Of a stretch of DNA of 64,000 nt, positions 29,355 through 41,079 are shown piece after piece. The stretch is from Nitrospirota bacterium (GTDB lineage Bacteria; Nitrospirota; UBA9217), in the NCBI GenBank assembly GCA_963663225.1, contig OY760142.1:2048001-2112000 (forward strand), given 5' to 3'. Made by a program: the position numbers and the translations under genes. Numbering within the stretch: the first letter of the stretch is position 1; the number at the start of each line of letters is the position of its first letter. Under the pieces are notes generated by a model. That model saw nothing but the letters and a program-made list of their open reading frames with translations, did no database searches and was not told where the DNA came from.

Positions 29355-29899
29355 TAAAGATAAATCTTCTGCCCAGCAAGAAAAAGCCTCCCAAAAAAGT
29401 AACCGATCTGCAGAAACAGGTGGTTTTCGCTGTCCTGATTCTCGCAGGCGTCGTAGGTGGATTGGGCTATTATTGGAAATATCAGACTGATACGATTGAC
29501 GTTTTGACGAAGCAGAAAGCTTCCGCTGAGGCGCGGCTTAGAGAGCAGGACAACATGCTCAAGGAAGTGAAAAATGTTGAGGCGGAACGGGACAGGGTGC
29601 AGGAAAAAATTAATGTCGTACAGCAGCTTAAGAAAAACCAGGCTGGTCCGGTGCGTCTTCTCGACGAAGTCAGCAAAGCGCTTCCTCTGGGTGTAAATAT
29701 AACGGCTCTTACGGAAAGCAACAATAATATTAGTATTGAAGGACAGGCATTCGGCAATAATGAGGTTGTTCATTTTATTGATAATTTAAAGGCGTCCTCC
29801 CTATTAACGGGGGTGGCTCTGCTCGAAACAAGCCAGGTAAAAGTTGAAGGAATTGATGTTTACAAATACAAACTCCAGTTTGCATATAAGGGGTTGTGA
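29351..29899 (+). CDS. pilN: Type IV pilus assembly protein PilN
   Basis: MIKINLLP motif, TM segment, coiled coil. Confidence 0.95.
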   Translation: MIKINLLPSKKKPPKKVTDLQKQVVFAVLILAGVVGGLGYYWKYQTDTIDVLTKQKASAEARLREQDNMLKEVKNVEAERDRVQEKINVVQQLKKNQAGPVRLLDEVSKALPLGVNITALTESNNNISIEGQAFGNNEVVHFIDNLKASSLLTGVALLETSQVKVEGIDVYKYKLQFAYKGL

Positions 29900-30519
29900 T
29901 GGCATCTCCTTTTGTGGATAAAATTCAAAAAATACCTCCAAAAACGAGGATTATCGCGTTTGTAGCGCTTATTGTCGTGCTTGTGATTCTCGATATCTGG
30001 CAGTTTATAATTCCCATGAATACCCAGATTGACCAGTTGAAAAAGTCACTTATTGAACTGCAGAGCCATATTCAGCAGAATGATGAGAAGATAAGGAACC
30101 TGGACAAGCTAAGGGCTGAGGTCAAGGAATTGCAGTTGCAGTTGAAAATTCTGACTGAACAGCTTCCTCCCGAGTCAGAAGTTTCCGGATTACTCAGACA
30201 GATCCAAGAAAAAGTCAATCAATCAGGTCTTGTTCTAAAATTGTGGAGACCTGAGAAGGCAAGAGACCATGCAAGCGGGTTGTATAAGGAGATTCCTGTA
30301 ACGATAACTTTGGTCGGAGGATATCACAATACAGCAACATTCTTTGACCGCATTAGTAAATTGAGCCGTATTGTGAATATCTTGAATATTAAGATGGGAA
30401 GTGCAAAGCAGAATAATGACGGCTCGATTTCCGTCGAAATCAACTGTACGGCAATGACATTTTCGGCAGTGGAGAAAAAAGTTGAAACAGCACCTACAGC
30501 AGCGAAAAAAGTCAGGTAG
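29896..30519 (+). CDS. pilO: Type IV pilus assembly protein PilO
   Basis: LPPESEVSGLL, GGYHNTATFFDRI...RIVNI. Confidence 0.93.
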   Translation: MMASPFVDKIQKIPPKTRIIAFVALIVVLVILDIWQFIIPMNTQIDQLKKSLIELQSHIQQNDEKIRNLDKLRAEVKELQLQLKILTEQLPPESEVSGLLRQIQEKVNQSGLVLKLWRPEKARDHASGLYKEIPVTITLVGGYHNTATFFDRISKLSRIVNILNIKMGSAKQNNDGSISVEINCTAMTFSAVEKKVETAPTAAKKVR

Positions 30520-31042
30520 CATAATCGGCATTTCCCTGGTCCTGGCACTGGGGGCGATAACGATGATGCTGACGGCCTGTTCTGATTCAGAAAAAGGCTC
30601 TGTGCAGCCTGCCCCCGCTGCACGAAAGACGGCGCAACAGCCTGTGACACAGCCGACTAGCACGGTGATGAAAAACGTGGAACAGCCCGTTTTCTCCTAT
30701 GCTTCAGCTGGAAGACGTGACCCCTTTTCTCCTCTTGTGTCCAAGGCGATGACCAAGGAAAGAGCGAGCGCTCGCCCTCCGCTGGAACGCTATACACTGT
30801 CCGAGTTCAAATTATCAGGAATCGTCTGGGGCGGATTTGGATATAATGCCATGGTTGAAGGGCCGGATGGAAAAGGTTATTTTGTTCGTGTGGGAACAAC
30901 GATTGGATCCAACAAGGGCGTGGTAAAGGCGATAACCAAAGACACCATTGTGATTGAAGAAAAATTCAAAAATGTAATGGGAGCAACAGAACGGAAGCAG
31001 ATCACTATTCAGCTTCGTAAAACAGAGGAGGGAATGCAATGA
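30482..31042 (+). CDS. pilP: Type IV pilus assembly lipoprotein PilP (start uncertain)
   Basis: LTAC lipobox, RRDPF, PLERY...LSGIVW, VRVGTTIG. Confidence 0.9.
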   Translation: MKQHLQQRKKSGSIIGISLVLALGAITMMLTACSDSEKGSVQPAPAARKTAQQPVTQPTSTVMKNVEQPVFSYASAGRRDPFSPLVSKAMTKERASARPPLERYTLSEFKLSGIVWGGFGYNAMVEGPDGKGYFVRVGTTIGSNKGVVKAITKDTIVIEEKFKNVMGATERKQITIQLRKTEEGMQ

Positions 31043-33405
31043 AGCTTGCTCAACAGCTGAAAACGGGATGGTTGATCATCCTCGTCTCCCTCATTGCAGT
31101 AACATTCGCGGGGTGTTCGAAAAAAGCCCCCGTAACACAACCACAGGAAACCCTTGCGGTCATCAATAAAATCGAGCCCCGTGATGTAAATGGCAAAACA
31201 GAAATTCTGTTTGAAGGGACCGCTCCGCTCCATCAATATACATCTTTCCAGCTTACTGAGCCTCTCAGGCTGGTAGTGGATATTGCAAACGCGGATTTGG
31301 GAACACTCAAGGACAAGATAAACGTTATGACTGGAGCTGTTACCGAGATTACTCCAAGCCAAAAAGACAATATTGCGCGTTTTGAAATTGGGCTTTCTCA
31401 ACCGGTTGACACAAAGATAAATCAGCAGGACGGCAAGCTTGTTGTGGAAGTCGCAAAGGCTGACGAATCGGCAAAACCAGCTGCAGAAATAAAGCCTGCG
31501 ACTGAGGTTACTCCTCCCGTTGCGACGAAGGAGAATGATGCGCTGAAAACTGAAGAAAAATTGGAAACACCCCAGCCTGAACTGCCTGCCGCGACAATTA
31601 TTTCATCGGTAAATGCAATGGCCGGCAAAGATGGGGCTAAAGTGGTCATTACGGGTAACGGAGCAATAAAAGCAAAAATTCTGAAGCTGGACGGCAACAG
31701 GGTGGTGGTCAATATCCCGGGTGCCAAAAACAAAGCAAGACCGTATGTTATTCCTGTAAGGAAAGGCGGTCTGGACAAGGTGCGCATCGGACAACACCCA
31801 GATAAGGTAAGTGTGGTGCTTGACCTGAAAAAACCGACGGATTATACGGCTACGAACGAAGGCAAATCGCTTATTATAGCTATGAATACTGCTTCGACAG
31901 TAAAGCCACAGGAAAAAGTTGCAGCGGCCGAGCAACAGGCTGCACCAACGACTGAGAAAGACACATTGGGGACAAGTCAGCCGGCTGTCCAGGAAAAATC
32001 AACACTAGTATCTGAAAAAGAAGCAGCACCTGTGTCCGAAGAACCAATTGCGCCTGCGGCACCGGCTGCTAAAAAAGAACGTGCTGTAGCTGAGAAAAAG
32101 GCAATCCTTGGCGAGGCTGACAAATCAGTCCTCATTGGTGAAAGCAAATATACCGGCAGAAAAATTTCTCTCGACCTTCAGGACGCCGACCTGATAAACG
32201 TTATGCGCCTGTTTGCCGAGGTTGCAAACCTGAATATTATTCTTGCGCCCGATGTAAAGGGCAAGGTCACCGTCCGAATGGTCAATGTTCCCTGGGACCA
32301 GGCAATGGAAATCATTCTCAAAATGAACGGACTTGGCTACGTACTGGAAGATAAAATTTTGCGTATAGGAACAACAGGGGCTCTAACGAAGCAAGCAGAG
32401 GATGAACTAAAAGCAAAAGAAGCAAAGAAGAAAGCGGAGGATTTAATAACTCGAATTGTTCCTATAAATTATGCCACGGCTGCAACTATTGAAACTACTA
32501 TCAAGAAGTCGTTGTCACCTCGGGGTGAAACAGTGGTTGATGCAAGAACAAACACGATTATCGTAAAGGATATTGCGAAAAATGTCGAGGATGTAGTGTC
32601 TCTCGTAAAAGTTCTTGATAAACCAATTGCGCAGATAATGATTGAAGCGAGAATCGTAGAAGCGTCCTTGAACTTTACAAGACAATTGGGTGTTCAGTGG
32701 GGCGGATCCGCTTCAGCCAGTGCCGCAACAGGAAATCCTATTTCCGGCCTTTCCAGCGCTTCTGTCGGTGGATCAAGCCTTCTCGGCTCAACACAATCCG
32801 GAAATGGCAACTGGCTTGTTAATATGCCCGCGGCAGTTGGGTCAGGAAGCGGTGGAGCCATTGCCTTTGCTTTGAGTTCGCTCAACAAGGCATACAACCT
32901 TGATCTCGTTCTATCCGCCTTGGAATCGACCGGTGAAGGCAAGATTATTTCTCAGCCGAAAGTCAGCGCCTTGGACAACAAAGAGGCAAAGATAGAGCAG
33001 GGGCTTTCTATTCCGTACTCGACTACGTCGTCTTCCGGTACCCAGGTGCAGTTTATCGACGCCAAACTGATGCTTACAGTTACACCTCACGCGACGCCGG
33101 ATAATAAGATATTTTTAAAAATTCAGGCAACTAAAAATGCTCCTGATACTTCCGTTCTTGGTGCAACAGGCCAGCCTTCTATACGGAAAAACGAAGCAAC
33201 CACTGAAATTTTGCTTGCCGATGGTGAAACAGCAGTAATCGGCGGTATTCTAACTCTCGAGCGTTCAGTAACTGACAGCAGAGTTCCCTTTTTAGGCAAT
33301 ATTCCTGGACTTAGCTGGCTTTTTAAAAACACGACCACGACTGACAAGAGAGGTGAGCTGCTGATTTTCATCACACCACGGCTTGTGAAGCAGGAAGTGA
33401 TTTAG
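31039..33405 (+). CDS. pilQ: Type IV pilus secretin PilQ with AMIN domains
   Basis: RLVVDI AMIN, YTGRKISLDLQDAD, IMIEARIVE, secretin C-terminus ELLIFITP. Confidence 0.96.
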   Translation: MKLAQQLKTGWLIILVSLIAVTFAGCSKKAPVTQPQETLAVINKIEPRDVNGKTEILFEGTAPLHQYTSFQLTEPLRLVVDIANADLGTLKDKINVMTGAVTEITPSQKDNIARFEIGLSQPVDTKINQQDGKLVVEVAKADESAKPAAEIKPATEVTPPVATKENDALKTEEKLETPQPELPAATIISSVNAMAGKDGAKVVITGNGAIKAKILKLDGNRVVVNIPGAKNKARPYVIPVRKGGLDKVRIGQHPDKVSVVLDLKKPTDYTATNEGKSLIIAMNTASTVKPQEKVAAAEQQAAPTTEKDTLGTSQPAVQEKSTLVSEKEAAPVSEEPIAPAAPAAKKERAVAEKKAILGEADKSVLIGESKYTGRKISLDLQDADLINVMRLFAEVANLNIILAPDVKGKVTVRMVNVPWDQAMEIILKMNGLGYVLEDKILRIGTTGALTKQAEDELKAKEAKKKAEDLITRIVPINYATAATIETTIKKSLSPRGETVVDARTNTIIVKDIAKNVEDVVSLVKVLDKPIAQIMIEARIVEASLNFTRQLGVQWGGSASASAATGNPISGLSSASVGGSSLLGSTQSGNGNWLVNMPAAVGSGSGGAIAFALSSLNKAYNLDLVLSALESTGEGKIISQPKVSALDNKEAKIEQGLSIPYSTTSSSGTQVQFIDAKLMLTVTPHATPDNKIFLKIQATKNAPDTSVLGATGQPSIRKNEATTEILLADGETAVIGGILTLERSVTDSRVPFLGNIPGLSWLFKNTTTTDKRGELLIFITPRLVKQEVI

Positions 33406-33518
33406 CATATGTTAAGCAAGAAATATAAAGCGTAAACGTGAAATAACTTTAAACCTACTGACTAGGCATCTATTATTTATTGCCATAGGATAACTTAAGA
33501 AAATATCATGATAGTGAG

Positions 33519-34004
33519 GTGAGCATGCTAAAAAAAGAAATTCAAAGAAAATTACAAATTTTTTTTGGTTTAATAGTTTTAGGATTGTCCATATTTGCTA
33601 TCTATGGATGTGGTGGAGGAAGTAATACGGCGACACAGGGGTATACAATAAAAGCACTTAATTCTACCCTAGGTGCTCCCAGTGTAGGCCTTTCACCGTC
33701 GTGCTATCAACCGGTGAGTTTCCTAATCACTGATGCTTCGGGCAAAGCAGCAAGCGGTATTACTGTTCAAATACATACCGGACCAATTAATACACAAGTA
33801 GCACCATTTTCGCTGAATTCTGGCTTTTGCCCTGATGCTGTTCTCTCTCCGTTTTCCGATATCACTATGAAATCTGACGATAATGGAGTCGTTGCAATTG
33901 AATTTTTGGTAGACGCGACTACAACGGGCACGGAGTTTTTTATTGATGTGTCTTCAGGCGCTGCGACGCCTGCAGAACTTAAAACAGCAGCTTCTGTAAC
34001 GTAA
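33519..34004 (+). CDS. Lipoprotein, possibly Ig-like, hypothetical
   Basis: IYGC-GGG lipobox; ITDASGKAASGITV...SDDNGV. Confidence 0.65.
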   Translation: MSMLKKEIQRKLQIFFGLIVLGLSIFAIYGCGGGSNTATQGYTIKALNSTLGAPSVGLSPSCYQPVSFLITDASGKAASGITVQIHTGPINTQVAPFSLNSGFCPDAVLSPFSDITMKSDDNGVVAIEFLVDATTTGTEFFIDVSSGAATPAELKTAASVT

Positions 34005-34057
34005 GGGACTACTTGTAAGTTACCCGCAGCTATAAACAATATGGGATTTACAAATAT

Positions 34058-34094
34058 AAAAATTGGCAGGGCACAAATGTCCTGCCAATTTTTT
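34058..34094 (+). terminator. Rho-independent terminator
   Basis: AAAAATTGGCAGG...CCTGCCAATTTTTT. Confidence 0.85.
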
Positions 34095-34195
34095 AACAGG
34101 TTTATTAAAAAACAGAAGTAATATGTTCAAAGATTTATAGTTACAGTGACATAATCAGCCTAGTAATGCGTTGATGAGCGCGGCACCCTGCGAAT

Positions 34196-35578
34196 ATGAG
34201 ACCTTCTGTCCTTCAACTCATACTTGAGTTTCTTACCCCTCACAATCTTTTATCGAAACTGAATCTTACCGGAAAAATGCTTTTAGGATACTTCACTCTT
34301 GTGGCGTTGACCATTGGAGTGGTGGTTTACGTTCTCATGAGCTTGTATCGCCTGAATCATTTAAACAAGGTAATTGTTAAGGGTTATGTGCCTGTCTATG
34401 AAATTTCAGACAAAATGTTGGATGTTTTTAGCGACCAGGATACGTATGAAAAGCGGTACCTGATTCTTCGGGAAAAAAGCATCAATGCTCTCTTCTGGGA
34501 GCGTGCCGATGAATTTAAAAATCTTTCAAGTCGTCTTAAGAAACTGCCGGATACCGCGGGATTTCCTCTTGAGAAAATAGACAAGCTGCATGCCCAATAT
34601 AACAATTTTTTCACTAATGAGGTCAGGCTGTCACAGTCTCACAATATGCAAGAGGCTAGGTTGCTATCTGACACAAAGCTGAAAGGTACTTTTGAGGAAT
34701 TGGTAAAGGTGCTTCGCAGCATGTCCCTTGAGGCTCAAACGTCCCGCGATGTCATGATGAACCGAATCAGCGATGTGGGGACCACGACGTACTATACCAC
34801 CATGGTACTTTGCCTTTTGAGCGTTCTCCTCGGCACGCTGTTCGGTCTTCTTATAACGCGTAATATTTATATTTCAATCAATAAACTTCACAAAGCCACC
34901 ACGCAGATTGCCGAGGGCAATTTCCAGTACGATCCGGGCGTCAAAGCGGAGGACGAAATAGGTGACCTGGCCCGGGCTTTTCTCGACATGGGAAAGCGCC
35001 TTAAAAAACTGGAGGAAATGTATCTGGACGCCAGTCCGCTAACCCGTCTGCCCGGTGGTGTCGCCGTGGAAAGCGTCATGAACAGCCGGCTGGCATCAGG
35101 AGTGCCAGTGGCGTTCTGCGTGCTTGACCTGGATAATTTTAAAGTTTTTAACGATCACTATGGATATGCCCGGGGAAACGAGGTAATCAAAGAAACCGCA
35201 AGAATTGTTGAAACCGCCTCGAAAACAAAAGGATCACCGAATGATTTTGTAGGGCACATCGACGGAGATGATTTCGTGGTGATCACCACTCCTGCCGCTA
35301 TGAAATCCGTTTGCTCCGAAATCATCAGGGTGTTCGATGAGCGCGCTCCCGGTTTTTACGATCTGAAGGATAGGGAGCGTGGCACTATCCGGGGGAAAAA
35401 CAGACAGGGACAGGAAATGGATTTTCCTCTTCTCAGTGTTTCTATTGCTGCGGTAACAAATGAGCAACGTACTTTTGTGAACACGCTCGAAGCTTCAACA
35501 GTGGCCGCTGAGCTGAAAGATTACGCAAAAACCATTCCGTCAAGCGTGTTTGTTGTGGACAAGAGGCGAACGGGATAA
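34196..35578 (+). CDS. Membrane HAMP-GGDEF protein with degenerate active site (DGDDF)
   Basis: Two TMs, DEIGDLA HAMP, DLDNFKVFNDHYG, HIDGDDF. Confidence 0.88.
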   Translation: MRPSVLQLILEFLTPHNLLSKLNLTGKMLLGYFTLVALTIGVVVYVLMSLYRLNHLNKVIVKGYVPVYEISDKMLDVFSDQDTYEKRYLILREKSINALFWERADEFKNLSSRLKKLPDTAGFPLEKIDKLHAQYNNFFTNEVRLSQSHNMQEARLLSDTKLKGTFEELVKVLRSMSLEAQTSRDVMMNRISDVGTTTYYTTMVLCLLSVLLGTLFGLLITRNIYISINKLHKATTQIAEGNFQYDPGVKAEDEIGDLARAFLDMGKRLKKLEEMYLDASPLTRLPGGVAVESVMNSRLASGVPVAFCVLDLDNFKVFNDHYGYARGNEVIKETARIVETASKTKGSPNDFVGHIDGDDFVVITTPAAMKSVCSEIIRVFDERAPGFYDLKDRERGTIRGKNRQGQEMDFPLLSVSIAAVTNEQRTFVNTLEASTVAAELKDYAKTIPSSVFVVDKRRTG

Positions 35579-35680
35579 ACGTTCGGAAACATAGGGCCAA
35601 ATCACACTCCGATATATTCAGCTCATGCATCTTTCCAGAATTTCCTTTGGCCGGACAACCATTTCAGCATACATAAGTAT

Positions 35681-37042
35681 TTATCGGGCAGTTTTTTTAC
35701 GAGGTTTGCGGGGTTGTTCTTCCCGCCTTCTTTTTGCAAAAACGCGGACAGGAGTCCCGAAGAACCCAAATGACTGACGGAGTCCATTTTCGATGTAGCG
35801 GATATAGGAAAAGTGGACTCCGAGCGGATAATTTGCAAAGACAATAAAAGTAGGCGGTTTGATGCCGACTTGCGTGATATAGTAGTATTTAACGCGCTTG
35901 CCGCGGTAAAGCGGCGGTTCATGCCCAGCGACGAGTTTCTCGAAAATTTTGTTCAGCTCGGATGTCGGAACCCTGCGGCGCGTTTCCTCCATCACCTTGT
36001 CTATTTCTGCAAAGACTTTTGTAACACGCTGGCGGGTGACTGCGGATATGGTGAGCACCGGAGCATAATCCGCAAATTTGAGCCGCTGCTGAACAGCGGC
36101 GATAAACTGTTTGTACCGTTCTTCCTTGTCCGTTAGCAAGTCCCATTTGTTCAGAACGATGATAATGCCCTTTCCTGCTTCATGGGCCAGGCCGACAATG
36201 CGTTCGTCCTGCTCGGTAATGCCTTCCACTGAATCAATGAGTACGAGCGCCACGTCCGCTCTACTGATGCTTTTCATGGCGCGCATGACGCTGTATTTTT
36301 CCACACCCTGACTGATTTTGCCCCGGCTCCTGATTCCCGCTGTGTCGACGAGGATATATTTTTTACCATAGTATTGGTAAACGGTATCGATGGCGTCCCG
36401 GGTGGTCCCAGCCGCAGGACTCACAATCATCCGGTCTGCACCAAGGAGAGCGTTTACGAAAGAAGATTTTCCTACATTCGGCCGTCCAATAATCGCTATT
36501 CTCGGCAGCGGTTCAGCTTCCTGCTTTTCCGGATTTAAAACGGGCTCCGGCAGAAAACGGGAAAGTTCGTCCATAAGGTCCGAAAAACCCTGTCCATGTT
36601 GGGCTGACACGGTGAAGAGTGCCTCTGTGCCGAGACGATAAAAATCCGGTATGAGTGCTTCATGTCGTTCGCCATCCACTTTATTCACCGCGTAGATAAC
36701 TGGTTTGCCCGATGCCCGGAGGCGCTGCGCTACTTCCACGTCGGCAGGGAGAAGGCCCTGGCGGCAGTCCATAAGAAAGATGATGATATCAGCTTCCTCT
36801 ACGGCGAGCGTGGTTTGATCCCGCATTTTCGAATACATGGGATCATCGCTTTTCGGTTCAAAACCGCCGGTATCCACAAGAAGAAAACGTTTATGCTCCC
36901 ACTTCGCCTCTGCGTAATTGCGATCGCGCGTAACGCCGGGCATATCTTCAACGATAGCGAGTTCTCTGCCGATAATACGGTTGAACAGCGTCGATTTTCC
37001 GACATTTGGTCGGCCAACTATGGCAACAATCGGACTTGGCAT
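35681..37042 (-). CDS. der: Ribosome biogenesis GTPase Der
   Basis: Two GRPNVGKS G domains plus KH-like C-terminus. Confidence 0.98.
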   Translation of the reverse strand: MPSPIVAIVGRPNVGKSTLFNRIIGRELAIVEDMPGVTRDRNYAEAKWEHKRFLLVDTGGFEPKSDDPMYSKMRDQTTLAVEEADIIIFLMDCRQGLLPADVEVAQRLRASGKPVIYAVNKVDGERHEALIPDFYRLGTEALFTVSAQHGQGFSDLMDELSRFLPEPVLNPEKQEAEPLPRIAIIGRPNVGKSSFVNALLGADRMIVSPAAGTTRDAIDTVYQYYGKKYILVDTAGIRSRGKISQGVEKYSVMRAMKSISRADVALVLIDSVEGITEQDERIVGLAHEAGKGIIIVLNKWDLLTDKEERYKQFIAAVQQRLKFADYAPVLTISAVTRQRVTKVFAEIDKVMEETRRRVPTSELNKIFEKLVAGHEPPLYRGKRVKYYYITQVGIKPPTFIVFANYPLGVHFSYIRYIENGLRQSFGFFGTPVRVFAKRRREEQPRKPRKKTAR

Positions 37043-37252
37043 ATGTATGTGAGAACTCCGAATTCAAAACAGTGCATAAAAAAATATATTCAAAAAAATT
37101 TTTGAAAAGAAAAGGAATCATTACTCAAAACGAAGGAAATTTGTACGAGTAACAGTTGCACTATAGCATGGCCAAGCGTATCAGTTCAAGAAAAAACCTT
37201 GCGAAGAGGTTGTATTTATGCTATTTTCTGCCAGATTCTCCTAGGAGGGCGC

Positions 37253-37777
37253 GTGCACAAAATTGCATCAATAGTCGTATGCATTGTGTTGTTTTCTCTG
37301 TCATCCGTCTGGGCGGACTTCTATCGATACGTGGACAGAGACGGCCGGGAATTTTTCACGAATGACTTGAAGCAAGTACCGCCGGAATACCGCAGCAGCG
37401 CGACACAGGTCAAACCCGATGCCGGCAGAGTGAATATGTCCGAAAGTACGCCAGCCGAGACCGGGAAACTGCGCAACTCATCAAAACAGCATAAAGATAA
37501 ATATGGCCGGGGCGAGGAATATTGGAAAAAGAAAGCGGAAAAACTCCGCACAAAGCTGCGCGACCAGCAGAGCGAGTACGATTTTGTGCAGAAACAGCTG
37601 GATGACCAGAGCACGCCGACGGAAGGAAGTCTTAAAAAGAAGAAGAACCGCACAAGCCTTGAGAAGAAAAAGTTAAAACTTGAACACAGCATAGCGCAAA
37701 CCAAACGCAAGCTGGATGTAGACCTCCCCGAGGAGGCCCGCAAGGCAGATGCCTATCCTGGATGGATCAGAGAATGA
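37253..37777 (+). CDS. Secreted DUF4124-like protein
   Basis: Signal peptide; YRYVDRDGREFFTND...VPPEY; coiled coil; GTG start after GGAGG. Confidence 0.75.
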   Translation: MHKIASIVVCIVLFSLSSVWADFYRYVDRDGREFFTNDLKQVPPEYRSSATQVKPDAGRVNMSESTPAETGKLRNSSKQHKDKYGRGEEYWKKKAEKLRTKLRDQQSEYDFVQKQLDDQSTPTEGSLKKKKNRTSLEKKKLKLEHSIAQTKRKLDVDLPEEARKADAYPGWIRE

Positions 37778-37886
37778 TTACCCGGAATGAGATGCAAAAA
37801 GAAAACAGGTGACCCGGCTGCGACGCAGCTCCCTGCGCTGCATAGAGGAAAAGCTGATATTCCGGAATCATGCGGAGCTCCGTAGT

Positions 37887-38561
37887 ATGAAAAAAATTGT
37901 AATTGCCCGGAACATTCTGCACGTCCTTGGCGCGCCCTCTACGATTTTCGGACGGGGAACCATTACCACGTATCCAGCGCGAACTTCTGAAGAGATCCTG
38001 AATATCCACGGCCTCCGCAAGGCGGATCTTATTATTACCGATGCCACCCTGCCGATTATGGGCGCCGTCAATCTTTGTGCCGCAATACGGAACGACCCGA
38101 CGCTTAGAAATGTTTCCATTATAGTGGCCAGCGACAAGGCGGATGATCTCTCGGCGCAGTGGCGTGAAGCAGGGGCCAATGCAGTGATAGGGAAACCGGT
38201 GGAAGCGGCCCAGCTTTTTTTTAAAATATCGGAATTGCTGGTAATACCGCAACGGAAGGACCTGCGGGTGCCTTTGCATGTGGCGGTGAAGAGCCGCGGA
38301 AAGAAAGCCGCCTTTGCCGCCGTCAGCCAGAACATCAGTATTTCCGGCATTCTGATCGAAACTGATTTGCCATTGCAAAAAGGGGACCGGCTGGCGTGTG
38401 TATTCAACATTGCGCATAGTGAAGTCCAGATGGAAGGACTTGTCACCCGCGCGGACACGGGCCCGTCGGGGAAACAGCTGTATGGAGTGCTGTTTCAAAA
38501 TGCAGCTACAAAATCCCTGGTTATCATAGAGCATTTTATCAAGCAGCAGATAAAGCAATAA
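37887..38561 (+). CDS. Atypical receiver domain fused to PilZ
   Basis: DLIITD...P...GANAVIGKP receiver; PilZ motifs RKDLR and NISISG. Confidence 0.85.
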   Translation: MKKIVIARNILHVLGAPSTIFGRGTITTYPARTSEEILNIHGLRKADLIITDATLPIMGAVNLCAAIRNDPTLRNVSIIVASDKADDLSAQWREAGANAVIGKPVEAAQLFFKISELLVIPQRKDLRVPLHVAVKSRGKKAAFAAVSQNISISGILIETDLPLQKGDRLACVFNIAHSEVQMEGLVTRADTGPSGKQLYGVLFQNAATKSLVIIEHFIKQQIKQ

Positions 38562-38604
38562 TATCCTGCGCATGCAGTACCCGCAGGTTTCACCGGAGGT
38601 TTTT

Positions 38605-41079
38605 TTGGACGAACGCTATGATTTTAAAAAAATAGAAGAACGATGGCAGCGCACATGGCAGGAGTCGAAAACATTCAAGGTATCCGAGGATGCCTCGAAG
38701 AAGAAATACTACTGTCTTGAGATGTTTCCGTATCCTTCGGGCAGGATTCATATGGGGCATGTCCGGAATTACGCCATTGGTGACGTCGTATCGCGCTATA
38801 AGCGGATGCAAGGGTTTAATGTGCTGCACCCCATGGGATGGGACTCCTTCGGCCTGCCTGCCGAAAATGCCGCTATACAGCACGGCATCCACCCTTCGAA
38901 GTGGACCCTTGAAAACATTGCCTTTATGCGGGACAAGCAGCTCAAGCGGCTCGGCCTCTCCTATGACTGGGACCGGGAGGTGACGACCTGCCTGGAAGAC
39001 TACTACCGCTGGAACCAGTGGTTCTTTATTAAAATGTACGAACGCGGTTTGGCCTATAAGAAACGGTCCTATGTAAACTGGTGTCCTGCCTGTGCAACCG
39101 TTCTTGCGAACGAACAGGTGGAGGACGGCCTGTGTTGGCGCTGCAGTTCCGTCGTCGCCCATAAGGAACTCGAACAATGGTTTTTCAAGATTACCGCGTA
39201 TGCAGAAGAGCTTCTCTCCTGCTGCGACAAACTCTCCGGCTGGCCGGAGCGCGTGTTGACAATGCAGAAAAACTGGATCGGAAAATCCACGGGCGTCGAA
39301 GTCGATTTCCCGGTTGAGGGAACCGGAGAGCGCCTGAAGATTTTTACAACTCGTCCGGACACGCTGTTCGGGGTTACGTTCATGAGTATTGCGCCCGAGC
39401 ACCCCATGCTTGAGTCCCTCATCAAAGGCAGGCAGGAGGCCGAGAGCGTCCATGCTTTCGTGCAGCGTGTGCTGCGTGAAGACAAGGCTGCTCGCACTGA
39501 CGAGAAACGGGCAAAAGAAGGTGTGTTTACCGGAGCCTATGCGATCAACCCGCTGAACAACGACAGGATCCCGGTCTGGGTGGGCAATTTTGTGCTTATG
39601 GAGTATGGAACCGGTGCGATCATGTCCGTGCCGGCCCATGACCAGCGCGACTTCGATTTTGCAAAGAAGTATGGTTTGCCTGTTCGTATCGTGATCCAGA
39701 ATTCCGGGAAAAACCTGATGCCGGAGACCATGCAGGAAGCTTATATTCTTGACGGCACTCTGGTTAATTCAGGCAAATTCGACGGGCTTCCGAATACGGA
39801 TGCGCAGTCGAAGATTGCGGATTATGTGCAGGAAGCAAAACTCGGCAAACGCACGGTGAACTGGCGGCTCCGCGACTGGGGCATTTCACGGCAGCGCTAC
39901 TGGGGGACCCCCATACCGATTATTTACTGCGATACCTGCGGCGCGGTTCCCGTGCCGGAAAAAGGCCTTCCGGTGAGATTGCCGGTTGATGTGGAACTGA
40001 CCGGGAAGGGAAGGTCGCCTCTTGCCGAGTCAAAATCCTTCAGGGAAACAACCTGTCCAGCATGCGGCGGCACGGCTCACCGCGAGACGGACACCATGGA
40101 CACGTTTGTTGATTCGTCATGGTATTTTCTCCGCTATTGCTCTCCCCAGGCGGGCACGGCTCCGTTCGATAAAAAGGCAGCCGGCTACTGGATGAATGTG
40201 GACCAGTACATCGGGGGCATTGAACATGCGGTGCTGCACCTTCTGTATGCCAGATTTTTCACCAAAGTGATTCGCGATCTTGGTCTTTACGACGGCGACG
40301 AACCGTTCCAGAACTTGCTTACCCAGGGCATGGTCATCAAGGACGGGGCCAAGATGAGCAAGTCCAAAGGGAATGTCGTTGATCCGGATTTTATTCTTTC
40401 TAAATACGGCGCGGACACGGCCCGGCTCTTTTCGCTCTTTGCCGCTCCGCCTGAACGCGACCTTGACTGGAGCGACCAGGGAGTGGAAGGTGCATACCGT
40501 TTTCTGCATCGCGTTTGGGCTATAATTCACAAGCACAGTGCGGCGCTCCAGCATGCGAAACCAGCGGGTCCCGAAGCCCGGGGCGACCGGCTTTACCGCA
40601 AAACCCATCTCACGATCAAAAAAGTCACGGAAGACATAGAACGCGAGTTCCATTTCAACACGGCTATCGCGGCCATGATGGAAATGGTGAATGAAATGTA
40701 TGATTATACGGCGGCCGGGAACCTGGACCCCAAACAGGTGACCGTGCTGAGGTCAGCCGTCCAGGCATTGACACTGCTCATGGCGCCGTTTGCTCCCCAT
40801 TTTGCCGAGGAGATCTGGGAGGCGCTCGGAAATAAAGGAGGCGTTGCAAATACCCCTTGGCCGGAGTATGACCACGAGGCAATTATTGCGTCGGAGATTA
40901 CCGTTGTCGTGCAGGTAAACGGCAAGGTAAGAAGCAAACTTACACTGCCTGCAGGAGCTTCAACGCAGGACATCGAATCAGCAGCCCTGGCAGATCAGAA
41001 AGTAAGGGAGTTTATGGCGGGCAAGACGCCGAAAAAAGTCATTGTAGTCCAGGGGAAGCTGGTGAATATTGTCGTATAG
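38605..41079 (+). CDS. leuS: Leucine--tRNA ligase
   Basis: MFPYPSG...HMGH, KMSKS; probable TTG start after GGAGG. Confidence 0.98.
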   Translation: MDERYDFKKIEERWQRTWQESKTFKVSEDASKKKYYCLEMFPYPSGRIHMGHVRNYAIGDVVSRYKRMQGFNVLHPMGWDSFGLPAENAAIQHGIHPSKWTLENIAFMRDKQLKRLGLSYDWDREVTTCLEDYYRWNQWFFIKMYERGLAYKKRSYVNWCPACATVLANEQVEDGLCWRCSSVVAHKELEQWFFKITAYAEELLSCCDKLSGWPERVLTMQKNWIGKSTGVEVDFPVEGTGERLKIFTTRPDTLFGVTFMSIAPEHPMLESLIKGRQEAESVHAFVQRVLREDKAARTDEKRAKEGVFTGAYAINPLNNDRIPVWVGNFVLMEYGTGAIMSVPAHDQRDFDFAKKYGLPVRIVIQNSGKNLMPETMQEAYILDGTLVNSGKFDGLPNTDAQSKIADYVQEAKLGKRTVNWRLRDWGISRQRYWGTPIPIIYCDTCGAVPVPEKGLPVRLPVDVELTGKGRSPLAESKSFRETTCPACGGTAHRETDTMDTFVDSSWYFLRYCSPQAGTAPFDKKAAGYWMNVDQYIGGIEHAVLHLLYARFFTKVIRDLGLYDGDEPFQNLLTQGMVIKDGAKMSKSKGNVVDPDFILSKYGADTARLFSLFAAPPERDLDWSDQGVEGAYRFLHRVWAIIHKHSAALQHAKPAGPEARGDRLYRKTHLTIKKVTEDIEREFHFNTAIAAMMEMVNEMYDYTAAGNLDPKQVTVLRSAVQALTLLMAPFAPHFAEEIWEALGNKGGVANTPWPEYDHEAIIASEITVVVQVNGKVRSKLTLPAGASTQDIESAALADQKVREFMAGKTPKKVIVVQGKLVNIVV

